Assembly: GCF_000012925.1 (NCBI RefSeq)
Contig: NC_007517.1
Span: 1,410,001 to 1,442,000, forward strand
Length of the DNA: 32,000 bases
Direction: 5' to 3'
From: Geobacter metallireducens GS-15
GTDB taxonomy: Bacteria; Desulfobacterota; Desulfuromonadia; Geobacterales; Geobacteraceae
Made by a program: the position numbers and the translations under genes. Under the pieces are notes generated by a model. The model was not told the origin of the DNA. It searched no databases and saw only the letters and a program-made list of their open reading frames with translations. Below, piece by piece: positions 10,132-20,710 of the stretch; the stretch's first letter is position 1; each line of letters starts with the position of its first letter.

Positions 10132-11832
10132 ATGAAAATGACAGGTGCACGAATCCTCCTTGAATGTCTCAAGCGTGAAGGAGTTGATACTGTTTTCGGT
10201 TACCCCGGGGGCACGGTGATCAATCTCTACGACGAGCTTTTCAGCTTCAAGGATATCCGCCATATTCTGCCCCGCCACGAACAGGCAGGTGTCCATGCGG
10301 CTGATGGATTTGCCCGTGCCACCGGCAGGGTCGGTGTCGCCATCGCCACCTCCGGCCCCGGTGCCACCAATACGGTTACCGGTATCGCGACCGCCTACAT
10401 GGACTCCATCCCCCTTGTGGTGATAACCGGCCAGGTGCCCACGGCCCTCATTGGCAATGATGCCTTCCAGGAGGTGGACATCATCGGCATTACCCGCCCC
10501 TGCACCAAGCACAACTTTCTCGTGAAAGACGTGAAGGATATCGCCACGATCATCAAGAAAGCCTTTTACATTGCCCGCACCGGGCGTCCCGGGCCGGTTC
10601 TCGTGGACCTGCCGAAGGATGTGCAGATCGCCACGGCCGAGTTTGAGTATCCCGAAGCCATTGAGCTTCGCAGCTACAAACCGACCGTGGAGGGTCACCC
10701 GAAGCAGATCGAGAAGGCCGTGTCCATGCTCCTGGCGGCTAAGAAGCCGGTCATGTACGTGGGAGGGGGCGCCATTTCCGGTGATGCCGCCGGTGAACTC
10801 ACTGCCCTAGCCACCAGACTCCACATCCCGGTCACCACAACCCTCATGGGACTCGGTTCCTTCCCCGAGGACAATCCCCTCTCTCTCAAGCTTCTCGGGA
10901 TGCATGGCACCTATTTCGCCAATATGGCGGTGACCAACTGCGACCTGCTGGTTGCCGTGGGGGCGCGCTTCGACGACCGGGTGACCGGAAAGATCGCCAC
11001 CTTCGCTCCCCATGCAAAGATCATCCATATGGACGTGGACCCGACATCCATTCGGAAGAACGTCCGGGTTGACCTTCCGATTGTTGGTCAGGTCAAGGAA
11101 GTCCTTGGTCGCATGCTCAAGTCCCTTGATGAGAGCGGTGACAAGGTAGCCGCGTTCCATACGGCGATCGAACCGTGGCTTGCGGAAATCGAGGGGTGGA
11201 AGCAGAAGCATCCAATAACCTACAAGCAGGCATCCACGGTGATCAAACCCCAGTTCGTGATCCAGAAACTTCGTGAGCTTTCTGATCCCGACGCCATTGT
11301 GGCCACCGACGTGGGGCAGCACCAGATGTGGACTGCCCAGTTCTTCGGGTTCCGTGAGCCCCGTACGCTCCTGTCGTCCGGCGGGCTCGGAACCATGGGA
11401 TTCGGATTGCCAGCGGCCATGGGGGCCCAGGCAGCCTTCCCGAACCGGCAGGTCATCGCGGTTTGCGGCGACGGCGGTTTCCAGATGAACCTCCAGGAGG
11501 TGGCAACGCTGGTCCAGAATCGGCTTCCCGTGAAGATCGTCATACTCAACAATAACTTCCTCGGCATGGTGCGCCAGTGGCAGGAACTCTTCTTCGATAA
11601 GCGCTATTCACAGACCTGCATGGAGCTTCCCATTGATTTCATCAAGCTTGCCGAGGCGTTCGGGGCTAAGGGGTTCCAGGCGACAAAATCCGACGAGGTG
11701 GAAGCTACCATCAAGAAGGCCTTCGAGACGCCAGGACCGGTTATCATGGAATTCAAGATCGCCCGGGAGGAGAAGGTTCTCCCCATGGTTCCTGCCGGGG
11801 CGTCGCTCAATGAAATGGTGCTCAATGCCTGA
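10132..11832 (+). CDS. ilvB: Acetolactate synthase (acetohydroxy-acid synthase) large subunit
   Basis: ATG 10132 follows GGGAGG. N-terminus MKMTGARILLECLKREGVDTVFGYPGG. ThDP motif GDGGFQMNLQEVATL...ILNNNFLGMVRQWQ. Confidence 0.96.
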   Translation: MKMTGARILLECLKREGVDTVFGYPGGTVINLYDELFSFKDIRHILPRHEQAGVHAADGFARATGRVGVAIATSGPGATNTVTGIATAYMDSIPLVVITGQVPTALIGNDAFQEVDIIGITRPCTKHNFLVKDVKDIATIIKKAFYIARTGRPGPVLVDLPKDVQIATAEFEYPEAIELRSYKPTVEGHPKQIEKAVSMLLAAKKPVMYVGGGAISGDAAGELTALATRLHIPVTTTLMGLGSFPEDNPLSLKLLGMHGTYFANMAVTNCDLLVAVGARFDDRVTGKIATFAPHAKIIHMDVDPTSIRKNVRVDLPIVGQVKEVLGRMLKSLDESGDKVAAFHTAIEPWLAEIEGWKQKHPITYKQASTVIKPQFVIQKLRELSDPDAIVATDVGQHQMWTAQFFGFREPRTLLSSGGLGTMGFGLPAAMGAQAAFPNRQVIAVCGDGGFQMNLQEVATLVQNRLPVKIVILNNNFLGMVRQWQELFFDKRYSQTCMELPIDFIKLAEAFGAKGFQATKSDEVEATIKKAFETPGPVIMEFKIAREEKVLPMVPAGASLNEMVLNA

Positions 11833-11889
11833 TTGGCGCCGTTACGCGCCAGGGATTCCGATCTTGCCTGCTCTTCAGGAGGTTTTTTT

Positions 11890-12381
11890 ATGAGACATAC
11901 AATCACCGTTCTGGTGGAAAACGAATTTGGTGTGTTATCCCGCGTTGCCGGCCTTTTTTCCGGCCGCGGCTTCAATATCGACTCTCTCTCGGTGGCTCCC
12001 ACGAACGATGAGACCATCTCACGGATGACTATTGTGACCCGCGGGGACGATCAGATTCTTGAGCAGATATCCAAGCAACTCAATAAGCTCATCGACGTCA
12101 TCAAGGTAATCGACTTTACCGATGGCGAGGTGGTCGAGCGGGAGATGGCGCTCATCAAGGTTACCGCCGAGGATTCCGCACGGGCTGAAGTCCTCAGGAT
12201 TGCCGATATCTTCCGGGCGAAGATCATAGACGTAACCCCCAAATCGTTTACCATTGAGGCGACTGGGGCCCCGGCAAAAATCGACGCCATTCTGGAACTC
12301 CTCCGCCCCCTGGGGCTCAAGGAGTTGGTTAGGACCGGGCCGGTTGCCATAGGCCGCGGTGCCAAGGCGTTGAAGGGTTAG
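11890..12381 (+). CDS. ilvN: Acetolactate synthase small (regulatory) subunit
   Basis: ATG 11890 follows AGGAGG. ACT domain MRHTITVLVENEFGVLSRVAGLFSGRGFNIDSLSV. Conserved position after ilvB. Confidence 0.95.
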   Translation: MRHTITVLVENEFGVLSRVAGLFSGRGFNIDSLSVAPTNDETISRMTIVTRGDDQILEQISKQLNKLIDVIKVIDFTDGEVVEREMALIKVTAEDSARAEVLRIADIFRAKIIDVTPKSFTIEATGAPAKIDAILELLRPLGLKELVRTGPVAIGRGAKALKG

Positions 12382-12421
12382 TATGTTTTTTCCGTGCCTG
12401 GCAATACAACGTAATAATTGA

Positions 12422-13462
<1,041 letters not shown>

Positions 13463-13612
13463 CAATAGACTGAACCAGAGACAGGGAGGCCGGGTACAGG
13501 AGAGGGGAAAAGGACCCAAACCGTATCCGGTCTCTTTGTGGTTTGCGCGAAAAATGCGGTCGCCACGGGGCGGTCGTTTGGTTTATTATTGTCCAAAACC
13601 CGAGGTTCTCTG

Positions 13613-14269
13613 ATGCGCAACTCAAATACTCCCATAGCTGCGGAGGGATACCCCTTTATCGCCGGTGCCGTGCTCATTGCCGTAGTGCTGGCCGTCCTCG
13701 GCTCAAAAATTCCCGCATTCTTCTTTCTGGCGGTGTTTTTCGGAGCGTTGACCCTTTTTATCGTTTTTTTCTTTCGTAATCCCGAGCGCACCACCCCGGC
13801 GGATGAAAACGCGGTGATTGCTCCGGCTGACGGCGTGGTCATCTACCTGGGGCCTTCCCGCGAAGAGCACTTGGGCGAGGAGATGACCAAGATCAGCATC
13901 TTCATGTCGGTCTTCAATGTTCATGTGAACAGGGTGCCGATAACCGGCAAAGTGCTGGACACCTTTTACATCAAGGGGAAGTTCCTTGATGTTCGCGACG
14001 ACCGGGCAACGTTCGAGAACGAACAGGCGGGGCTTATCATTGAAACTGCCAAGGGAATGAAGATGATTGTTGTTCAGGTGGCAGGCCTCATCGCACGCCG
14101 CATTGTCTGTTACGCTGCCAAGGGAGATCAACTCGTGCGCGGAAAACGTTACGGTTTGATCCGCTTCGGTTCCCGCCTCGATGTGTATCTCCCGAGTGAA
14201 ACTGCAGTACGCGTCAGGATGGGCGACAAGACCGTTGCCGGCGAAACTATCCTGGGGTTACTGCCATGA
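13613..14269 (+). CDS. psd: Phosphatidylserine decarboxylase proenzyme, short (~218 aa) form
   Basis: ATG 13613 gives MRNSNTPIAAEGYPFI. Contains the FGSR self-cleavage site region (IRFGSRLDVY) and VQVAGLIARRIV. Immediately followed by pssA. Confidence 0.88.
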   Translation: MRNSNTPIAAEGYPFIAGAVLIAVVLAVLGSKIPAFFFLAVFFGALTLFIVFFFRNPERTTPADENAVIAPADGVVIYLGPSREEHLGEEMTKISIFMSVFNVHVNRVPITGKVLDTFYIKGKFLDVRDDRATFENEQAGLIIETAKGMKMIVVQVAGLIARRIVCYAAKGDQLVRGKRYGLIRFGSRLDVYLPSETAVRVRMGDKTVAGETILGLLP

Positions 14270-15045
14270 ATGGTGAAAAGATTGACATGAGCGAGAGCAT
14301 GCGGAAGGGGATTTACATCCTTCCGAATCTCTTTACCACGGGAAGCCTGTTTGCCGGCTTTTACGGTATGGTCGCCACCATGAACGGCGATTTCAAGACC
14401 GCCGCGCTCTGGATTCTTGTCTCCTCCATCTTTGATGGCCTTGACGGCAAGGTTGCGCGGCTTACCGGCACCTCCAGCAAGTTCGGGGTCGAATACGACT
14501 CGCTCGCGGATGTGGTATCCTTCTGTGTCGCTCCGGCACTCCTCACATACAAGTGGGCGCTCCAACCCTTTGGCCGCTTGGGGTGGCTTGCGGCGTTTCT
14601 CTTTGTCGCCTGCGGGGCGCTCAGGTTGGCCCGCTTTAACGTTCAGGTCAACACGGTGGAGAGCAAGCGTTTCGTGGGACTACCGACCCCTGCGGCTGCG
14701 AGTATGGTGTCGGCCATGGTGCTTCTTTTCTACCACTTCGGCTGGCCCAGTTCTTACAAGAAACTGGCGATCCTGGTCCTCATTTATCTTCTCGCCTTTC
14801 TCATGGTTTCCAACTTCCGGTACTACTCCTTCAAGGATCCTGAGTTGATCAAGCGCCAGCCCTTTGCCTTTCTCGTGCTTGCGGTGCTTCTCCTGGTGGT
14901 TATTGCGGCAGAACCGGTCGTCATGCTCTTTCTGATTTTCATTTGCTACACGTTTTCGGGGATTGTCGGTTTCTTGATGACCTGGCCACGGCGGCGCAGA
15001 CTCGAGAAGGCGATCCATAACAAACACACCAAGGAAGAGCCCTGA
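14266..15045 (+). CDS. pssA: CDP-diacylglycerol--serine O-phosphatidyltransferase
   Basis: ATGA overlap with the psd stop. Contains the CDP-alcohol phosphatidyltransferase motif DGLDGKVARLTGTSSKFGVEYDSLADVV in a multi-TM protein. An alternative ATG lies at 14287. Confidence 0.92.
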   Translation: MNGEKIDMSESMRKGIYILPNLFTTGSLFAGFYGMVATMNGDFKTAALWILVSSIFDGLDGKVARLTGTSSKFGVEYDSLADVVSFCVAPALLTYKWALQPFGRLGWLAAFLFVACGALRLARFNVQVNTVESKRFVGLPTPAAASMVSAMVLLFYHFGWPSSYKKLAILVLIYLLAFLMVSNFRYYSFKDPELIKRQPFAFLVLAVLLLVVIAAEPVVMLFLIFICYTFSGIVGFLMTWPRRRRLEKAIHNKHTKEEP

Positions 15046-15135
15046 GCTATCCACGGATATGAAGCGGCCTTGAATTTGGTTAGGACAAACAAGATTTGAA
15101 GCTTTGGAACCTTGCGGAATCCAAGTGGAATTGTC

Positions 15136-15165
15136 TTGACATGCTGTCTCGTTGTTTCCTATTAT
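15136..15165 (+). promoter_or_regulatory. Candidate sigma70 promoter driving the T-box leader and leuA
   Basis: TTGACA (15136-15141), an 18-nt spacer, then TATTAT (15160-15165). It sits just upstream of the first T-box Stem I elements. Confidence 0.55.
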
Positions 15166-15171
15166 CACAGG

Positions 15172-15459
15172 ACAAATCGTAAAGGCAGAGAAGAGGAGTA
15201 GTAGTCCTCATCCTTATTGTACAGTTTCCAGAGAGCCGGTGGGTGGTGCGAACCGGTATAAGGACGGATGAACTCGCCTCGGAGCTGCTCCGGTGAACGC
15301 GGACATGACCAGTGTCCCCTAGCCGGAGACGTCGCCCGCGTGAAGGGAAAAATGAGGTCCGCTTCAGTGAGATTTTTACTCACTTGGGGAGGATAAAAAG
15401 GGTGGTACCACGGAGCAAAGTCTTCGTCCCTTGTCTGGGCGAAGGCTTTTTTTATTTTT
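15172..15459 (+). promoter_or_regulatory. T-box riboswitch leader (tRNA-Leu sensing, specifier CUC) with intrinsic terminator
   Basis: Stem I elements: GAGAAGAGGAGUAGUA (GA/K-turn plus AGUA), AG bulge AGAGAG (15230-15235), and distal loop GGUGGUGCGAACC. The 3' side of the specifier loop reads GAA-CUC-G (CUC at 15273-15275). Stem III is GTGAG/CTCAC (15367-15383). The T-box core AAAAAGGGUGGUACCACGG (15395-15413) forms the canonical antiterminator GGG[UGGUACC]ACGGAG...CUUCGUCCC. The competing 10-bp terminator stem (15420-15446) is followed by U7-A-U5. Confidence 0.9.
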
Positions 15460-15536
15460 GCGCTCACGTGAACACTGACGGCCTTGATCAACCCGTCGGT
15501 GGCATGAGACATCCATCACGCAAAGGGAGGTAGACC

Positions 15537-17075
15537 ATGGCGGAACTGAAGACCATCAAGATTTTCGATACAACGCTTCGCGACGGTGAGCAGTCGCCGG
15601 GCAACAGCATGAACATCGATGAGAAACTGCGCGTTGCCAAGCAGCTTCTGAAGCTGAACGTCGATGTCATCGAAGCGGGATTTCCCATCGCTTCCGAGGG
15701 GGATTTCGAGGCGGTCAAACGGGTTGCCCAGACCATCAAGGGACCGGAGATCGCTGGCCTTTGCCGTTCCAGCGACAAGGATATCGACCGGGCCTGGGAG
15801 GCACTTAAGTACGCAGGTGAGAAGGGGCGTATCCATACTTTTATCGCCACCTCTGATATCCACATGAAGTACAAGCTGAAGATGACTCGTGAGCAGGTGC
15901 TTGAGAATGCGGTCAAAGCGGTGAAGCGAGCGAAATCCTACACGCCAAATGTGGAATTTTCCTGCGAGGATGCCGTCCGTACCGACCTGGCCTTCTTGGT
16001 GCAAATGGTGGAGGCGGTAATCGACGCCGGAGTCACGACGGTGAATATTCCCGATACTGTCGGCTACACGATCCCCTTCGAGTACTTCAACATCATCCGT
16101 CACCTCAAGGAAAACGTTTCCAATATTGAAAAGGCGGTCATTTCGGTCCATTGCCACAATGACCTGGGGCTTTCCGTGGCGAACTCCATTGCAGCGGTTC
16201 AGGCTGGGGCAGGTCAGGTGGAGTGTACCATCAACGGTATTGGTGAGCGGGCGGGAAACTGCTCCCTTGAAGAGTTCGTCATGGCTATCAAGACCCGCCA
16301 CGACATCCTTCCCTTCAGGACGAACGTTGACCACGAACAGATCGTCCCTGCCAGTCGGCTTCTCTCCACTATTACCGGCATCGGAGTTCAGCCCAACAAG
16401 GCGATTGTAGGGGCCAACGCCTTTGCCCATGAGTCGGGCATACATCAGCATGGCGTGCTCATGGAGAAATCGACCTACGAAATCATGACTCCGGAATCAA
16501 TCGGGCTCAAGACGAACGTTTTGGTGCTCGGCAAGCATTCGGGACGTCACGCATTCAAGAAGCGGCTTGCGGAACTTGGGTACGAGCTTTCCGATGAAGA
16601 CCTGAACCGCGCCTTTGAGCGTTTCAAGGCCTTGGCTGATCTGAAGAAAGAGGTTTTCGACGAGGATCTTGACGCATTGGTTGCAGACGAAGTGATGCGT
16701 CCGGCGGAGAAGTTCCGGCTCTCTCATATCACGGTCACGTGCGGTTCCTTTGCGGTCGCCACTTCGACGGTGCAAATGGAGATTGACGGTACGGCGGTGC
16801 GAACTGCCGAACTGGGGGATGGCCCGGTTGATGCGACTCTCAAGGCAATCAAGAAGCTGACCAAGACCAAGGCGAAGCTTCAGCAGTATAATGTCGGATC
16901 CATTACCGGCGGGACCGATGCCCAAGGCGAAGTGACCGTGCGGGTGACAGACGGCAACGAAACGGTTGTGGGGCGAGGTTCTTCCACAGACATAATTGAG
17001 GCGTCGGCAAAGGCTTATATCAACGCGCTCAATCGACTCAATGCAAAGATAGAGCGAATCCACGAAAGTCTGTGA
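15537..17075 (+). CDS. leuA: 2-isopropylmalate synthase (long form with C-terminal LeuA allosteric domain)
   Basis: 512 aa. Contains [13 protein letters not shown] and [13 protein letters not shown] motifs. RBS AAGGGAGG. The upstream Leu-specific T-box supports leuA rather than a citramalate synthase paralogue. Confidence 0.93.
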   Translation: MAELKTIKIFDTTLRDGEQSPGNSMNIDEKLRVAKQLLKLNVDVIEAGFPIASEGDFEAVKRVAQTIKGPEIAGLCRSSDKDIDRAWEALKYAGEKGRIHTFIATSDIHMKYKLKMTREQVLENAVKAVKRAKSYTPNVEFSCEDAVRTDLAFLVQMVEAVIDAGVTTVNIPDTVGYTIPFEYFNIIRHLKENVSNIEKAVISVHCHNDLGLSVANSIAAVQAGAGQVECTINGIGERAGNCSLEEFVMAIKTRHDILPFRTNVDHEQIVPASRLLSTITGIGVQPNKAIVGANAFAHESGIHQHGVLMEKSTYEIMTPESIGLKTNVLVLGKHSGRHAFKKRLAELGYELSDEDLNRAFERFKALADLKKEVFDEDLDALVADEVMRPAEKFRLSHITVTCGSFAVATSTVQMEIDGTAVRTAELGDGPVDATLKAIKKLTKTKAKLQQYNVGSITGGTDAQGEVTVRVTDGNETVVGRGSSTDIIEASAKAYINALNRLNAKIERIHESL

Positions 17076-17142
17076 TCTGATGTCGGTGAGAGACCTCGGT
17101 GGCTCTCGCCGACAGTTGAGATTTCAATGAGGCGCTTGTCTG

Positions 17143-17182
17143 AAAAAACGAAACCCCGCTGAATAATTCAGCGGGGTTTCGT
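17143..17182. terminator. Shared terminator between convergent leuA and cspA
   Basis: 15-bp stem CGAAACCCCGCTGAA / TTCAGCGGGGTTTCG with a 3-nt loop. The A6 run on the left gives a U6 tract for the reverse (cspA) transcript. The plus-strand tail is only moderately U-rich. Confidence 0.85.
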
Positions 17183-17203
17183 GTCTGTTAGGGGATGAAT
17201 CGA

Positions 17204-17404
17204 TTAAGCTTTTTTTACGTTGGCTGCTTGGAGTCCCTTGGGACCGGTGACCACATCGAAGGTGACAGCTTCGCCTTCAGCAAGGGTCTTGAACCCGTCG
17301 GACTGGATGGCTGAGAAGTGAACAAACACGTCCTCCCCGTTCTCCTGCTCAATGAAGCCGAAACCTTTGGCGTCGTTGAACCACTTAACCTTGCCCTGTG
17401 CCAT
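17204..17404 (-). CDS. cspA: Cold-shock protein (CspA family)
   Basis: 66 aa. Contains RNP1 KGFGFI and RNP2 VFVHF motifs. Strong RBS AAGGAGG. Confidence 0.97.
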   Translation of the reverse strand: MAQGKVKWFNDAKGFGFIEQENGEDVFVHFSAIQSDGFKTLAEGEAVTFDVVTGPKGLQAANVKKA

Positions 17405-17592
17405 TTTCCTACCTCCTTTTTTGGTGCCTCCGGATCAGTGCCGGAACTTCGTGGGATGTTGCTAAAGTTTCCGGAGTCTTGGGGCAGGAAAACCGCAAAG
17501 CATGTACGTCTTTGTTCTGGTTTTCATTTGCTGCGTAAAGCTTCCGAAACTTGCTACTTTAAAAAATTAACAGCGTATAATTACGTTGTCAA
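17405..17592 (-). promoter_or_regulatory. csp promoter and long (~150 nt) 5' UTR with a cold-box-like element
   Basis: Reverse strand reads TTGACA (17592-17587), a 17-nt spacer, then TAATTT (17569-17564). The leader contains GACGTACA (complement of 17503-17510), which resembles the E. coli cspA cold box UGACGUACAGA. Long leaders are typical of cold-inducible csp genes. Confidence 0.5.
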
Positions 17593-17610
17593 GGTTTTTC
17601 CCTTCCGTAT

Positions 17611-18639
17611 TTAGAACATATTGAGCTTTCGGATAAAGGCGATAAGGAGGCCGTAATGCTGGTGATTGAACTGCAGAGAGATGCGGGGCAGTTTCAACAG
17701 GTTGGGTTCATCGGCCTCTTCTGGGAGAGGAGCGCAGGGGAGGATGCGGGTCCCCGGCAATCGTAATTCGGGAAACTCATTCTCCAGTTCCTCGATCTGT
17801 TCGGGGGTCAGCTCCTTGTTGAGGCGGATGATGAGCCTTCTTTCGAAGAATCGGAGTGAATGGTAATTGCGGTAAAAATCATCGATGACACGGATTGCTT
17901 CGTCTTCGTCGCGGGTTATGGTGAAAATGGAGAAGTCTTCCGCAGAGATAAACCCTTTCCCAAGTATGCAATTCTTCACGAAGTCGAACCAGCGATCCCA
18001 ATAGCCGGTGTTATCGTCAATGAGCACCAGGGGTTTTGGTGAGGTCTTTCCGGTCTGAATGAGGGTGAATACCTCCATTGCCTCGTCAAGAGTGCCGAAA
18101 CCGCCAGGAAAGACGGCAAGGGCGTTCGATTCCTTAACAAAGGCAACCTTCCGGTTAAAGAAGTACTTGTAGTTGATGAGTCGGGGGTTTTTGAGCATGA
18201 CTGGATTGGGCTGTTGCTCAAAGGGAAGACGGATGTTGACGGCAAAGGAGTGCTCGCTGCCGGCGCCTTCGTTTCCTGCCTGCATGATCCCCGGTCCGCC
18301 ACCGGTGATGATCATGAAACCTTTCTCGGCAAGTTTACGGCTGAAACGGACACATGTCTGATAGATAGATTCCTGGGGTTCCGTGCGCGCCGACCCGAAA
18401 ATGGTAACCTTCCGTTTCTCCCGGTAGGGGGCAAAAACGTTGGTAGTGTAACGCATCTCCTTCATGGTGTTGTTGAGAAGTTTCAGGTCTGCCAGATAAT
18501 CGCACTCCTGGCCGGACTTGAGGGCGGAAATGATCATCTCACGGATCATCGCCGGGTGATGGATGGCATCGACCTTCTCCATGAGGGTGTCGATCAGAGT
18601 GTCAATTTCGCCATTAGTGCGGGTAAAGTTCAATTCCAT
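17611..18639 (-). CDS. LOG / TIGR00730-family Rossmann-fold protein (nucleotide 5'-monophosphate nucleosidase-like, PpnN-like) with N- and C-terminal extensions
   Basis: Contains the family motifs TGGGPGIMQAGNEGA, NIRLPFEQQPN and FPGGFGTLDEAMEV. I prefer ATG 18639 (MELNFTRTNGE, with GGGAG upstream). The ORF-track TTG at 18693 would add 18 aa. Confidence 0.8.
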   Translation of the reverse strand: MELNFTRTNGEIDTLIDTLMEKVDAIHHPAMIREMIISALKSGQECDYLADLKLLNNTMKEMRYTTNVFAPYREKRKVTIFGSARTEPQESIYQTCVRFSRKLAEKGFMIITGGGPGIMQAGNEGAGSEHSFAVNIRLPFEQQPNPVMLKNPRLINYKYFFNRKVAFVKESNALAVFPGGFGTLDEAMEVFTLIQTGKTSPKPLVLIDDNTGYWDRWFDFVKNCILGKGFISAEDFSIFTITRDEDEAIRVIDDFYRNYHSLRFFERRLIIRLNKELTPEQIEELENEFPELRLPGTRILPCAPLPEEADEPNLLKLPRISLQFNHQHYGLLIAFIRKLNMF

Positions 18640-18726
18640 TGCCTGCCAACTCCCTCTGAAATTTGGGTATGATAGCACGCCATAATCGTGCAAGCAAATG
18701 TTAAGCCGGACCGAACAAATATTACG

Positions 18727-18755
18727 TTGATTTATTAGGGGGCTTTGTTTAGAGT
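18727..18755 (+). promoter_or_regulatory. Candidate sigma70 promoter for leuCD
   Basis: TTGATT (18727-18732), a 17-nt spacer, then TAGAGT (18750-18755), ~40 nt upstream of the leuC ATG. Confidence 0.4.
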
Positions 18756-18795
18756 GGCCACCATACTTTCATTACACTGCGAAAGGGTAGTTCAT

Positions 18796-20079
18796 ATGGG
18801 GAAGACTACAGCGGAAAAAATTTTTGCAAGCCACCTGGTCGATGAGCCGTTTTCCGGCACCAAGGTGCTCCGGCTCGACGTGGTGATGTGCCACGAAATT
18901 ACCACTCCCATAGCCATTGCCGACCTGATGGCGCGAGGTAAAGACCGGGTTTTTGACCCCACGAAGATCAAGGCGGTGATTGATCACGTCACGCCGAGCA
19001 AGGACTCGAAGACCGCCACCCAGGCGAAAATGTTGCGCGACTGGGCACGGCGACACGCCATCAAGGACTTCTTCGATGTGGGGCATAACGGCGTGTGTCA
19101 CGCACTCTTCCCCGAGAAGGGGTACATCCGCCCCGGTTACACAGTCATCATGGGCGATTCCCATACCTGCACCCATGGCGCCTTCGGTGCCTTTGCCGCC
19201 GGTGTCGGCACTACCGACCTGGAGGTCGGTATTCTCAAAGGGGTCTGCGCTTTCCGTGAGCCCAAGAGCATCCGGATCAACCTGAACGGCACCCTTCCCA
19301 AGGGCGTTTATGCAAAGGATGTCATCCTCTACGTCATCGGCCAGCTCGGCGTCAACGGCGCTACTGACCGGGTCATGGAGTTCCGGGGACCGGTGGTGGA
19401 CGCCATGACCATGGAGTCGCGGATGACACTTTGCAACATGGCCATCGAGGCGGGAGGCACCTCCGGCATCTGCATGCCCGACATGGTGACGGTGGAATAC
19501 CTCTGGCCCTTCATTGAGAACGAGTACCCGTCCAAAGAGGCTGCCCTCGCCGAGTTCAGCACATGGCGCTCCGACGACGACGCTGTCTACGAGCGGGTGC
19601 TCGACTTTGACGTTTCTGTCCTCGAGCCGATCGTCACCTTCGGCTACAAGCCCGATCAGGTGAAGCCGATCAGCGAAATTGCCGGTTCTCCTGTTGATCA
19701 AGTCTATCTGGGCTCCTGCACTAACGGCCGCCTTGAAGATCTGCGGATTGCTGCCCGGATTCTCAAAGGGAAAAAGATTGCCCCGTCGGTGCGAGGGATT
19801 CTCTCCCCGGCCACGCCGAAGATTTACAAGGACGCCATGGCCGAGGGGCTTATCGACATTTTCATGGAGGCGGGTTTCTGCGTCACGAATCCCACCTGCG
19901 GTGCCTGCCTTGGCATGAGCAACGGCGTCTTGGCTGAAGGGGAGGTCTGTGCATCCACCACGAACCGCAACTTCATGGGGCGGATGGGGAAGGGGGGGAT
20001 GGTCCACCTCATGTCCCCGGCCACGAGCGCAGCAACGGCCATCGAAGGGGTGATCGCCGATCCCCGGAAGTACCTGTAA
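18796..20079 (+). CDS. leuC: 3-isopropylmalate dehydratase large subunit (short ~427-aa LeuC/HacA type)
   Basis: ATG 18796 gives MGKTTAEKIFASHL. Contains the aconitase-family Fe-S ligand motifs GDSHTCTHGAFGAFA, GSCTNGRLEDL and NPTCGACLG. Confidence 0.94.
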   Translation: MGKTTAEKIFASHLVDEPFSGTKVLRLDVVMCHEITTPIAIADLMARGKDRVFDPTKIKAVIDHVTPSKDSKTATQAKMLRDWARRHAIKDFFDVGHNGVCHALFPEKGYIRPGYTVIMGDSHTCTHGAFGAFAAGVGTTDLEVGILKGVCAFREPKSIRINLNGTLPKGVYAKDVILYVIGQLGVNGATDRVMEFRGPVVDAMTMESRMTLCNMAIEAGGTSGICMPDMVTVEYLWPFIENEYPSKEAALAEFSTWRSDDDAVYERVLDFDVSVLEPIVTFGYKPDQVKPISEIAGSPVDQVYLGSCTNGRLEDLRIAARILKGKKIAPSVRGILSPATPKIYKDAMAEGLIDIFMEAGFCVTNPTCGACLGMSNGVLAEGEVCASTTNRNFMGRMGKGGMVHLMSPATSAATAIEGVIADPRKYL

Positions 20080-20154
20080 TCATGCAAATGGATGGGACGG
20101 TAGCCCTTTTGGATACTGGCCACCTGTGACCGACTTTTTCAAGGAGAATGCACC

Positions 20155-20682
20155 ATGAAACAATTTGGCGGCCCCGTACTCTTTCTCGACCGCGCCGATA
20201 TCAATACCGATGAGATCATCCCGGCCAAGTACCTGACCGAAATCACGAAGGAAGATCTGAAACCCTATATTCTTGAGGACTTGAAGCTCCCGGGCTTCGA
20301 TCCGAAGGGTGAGAAGACCAGGTCCGCACGGGTCATCGTGTCCCGGGCAAACTTTGGGTGCGGTTCCTCCCGGGAGCATGCACCCTGGGTTTTCGAGGTC
20401 AACGGCATCACCGCCGTTATCGCGGAGTCTTTTGCCCGGATTTTCCGACAGAACATGTTCAACTGTGGCATGGCAGCCATCGAGTTGCCGAAGGAGAAGA
20501 TCGATCTCCTCTTTTCCTTTGACAACTGCCCTGACACCGCCATTGGCATCGATGTTGAGAAGCAGACCCTGACCATTTCGGGAGGAGGAAGGAAAGAGAT
20601 AATTACTTTCGATGTTTCACCTTTCGACAGGGCCCTCGTCCTCGCGGGCGGGTGGGTCGACTATGCCGACCAGAAATACTGA
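20155..20682 (+). CDS. leuD: 3-isopropylmalate dehydratase small subunit
   Basis: 175 aa. Contains the aconitase swivel-domain motif NFGCGSSREHAPW. RBS AAGGAGA. Follows leuC. Confidence 0.94.
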   Translation: MKQFGGPVLFLDRADINTDEIIPAKYLTEITKEDLKPYILEDLKLPGFDPKGEKTRSARVIVSRANFGCGSSREHAPWVFEVNGITAVIAESFARIFRQNMFNCGMAAIELPKEKIDLLFSFDNCPDTAIGIDVEKQTLTISGGGRKEIITFDVSPFDRALVLAGGWVDYADQKY

Positions 20683-20710
20683 GCAGTAGATCTACCCCGT
20701 GAGCATTTCC

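Noticed and set aside
15165-15512. 115-aa reverse ORF in the pssA-leuA intergenic region
   Set aside because: The region is fully explained by the plus-strand T-box leader (Stem I, specifier, Stem III, antiterminator and terminator). The ORF has no RBS or homology signal.
17092-17112. 11-bp hairpin GTCGGTGAGAG/CTCTCGCCGAC just after leuA, considered as a REP-like element or separate terminator
   Set aside because: It is a single copy in the window with no U tract. The strong bidirectional terminator 40 nt downstream explains termination. It may contribute to mRNA stability, but nothing more can be said.
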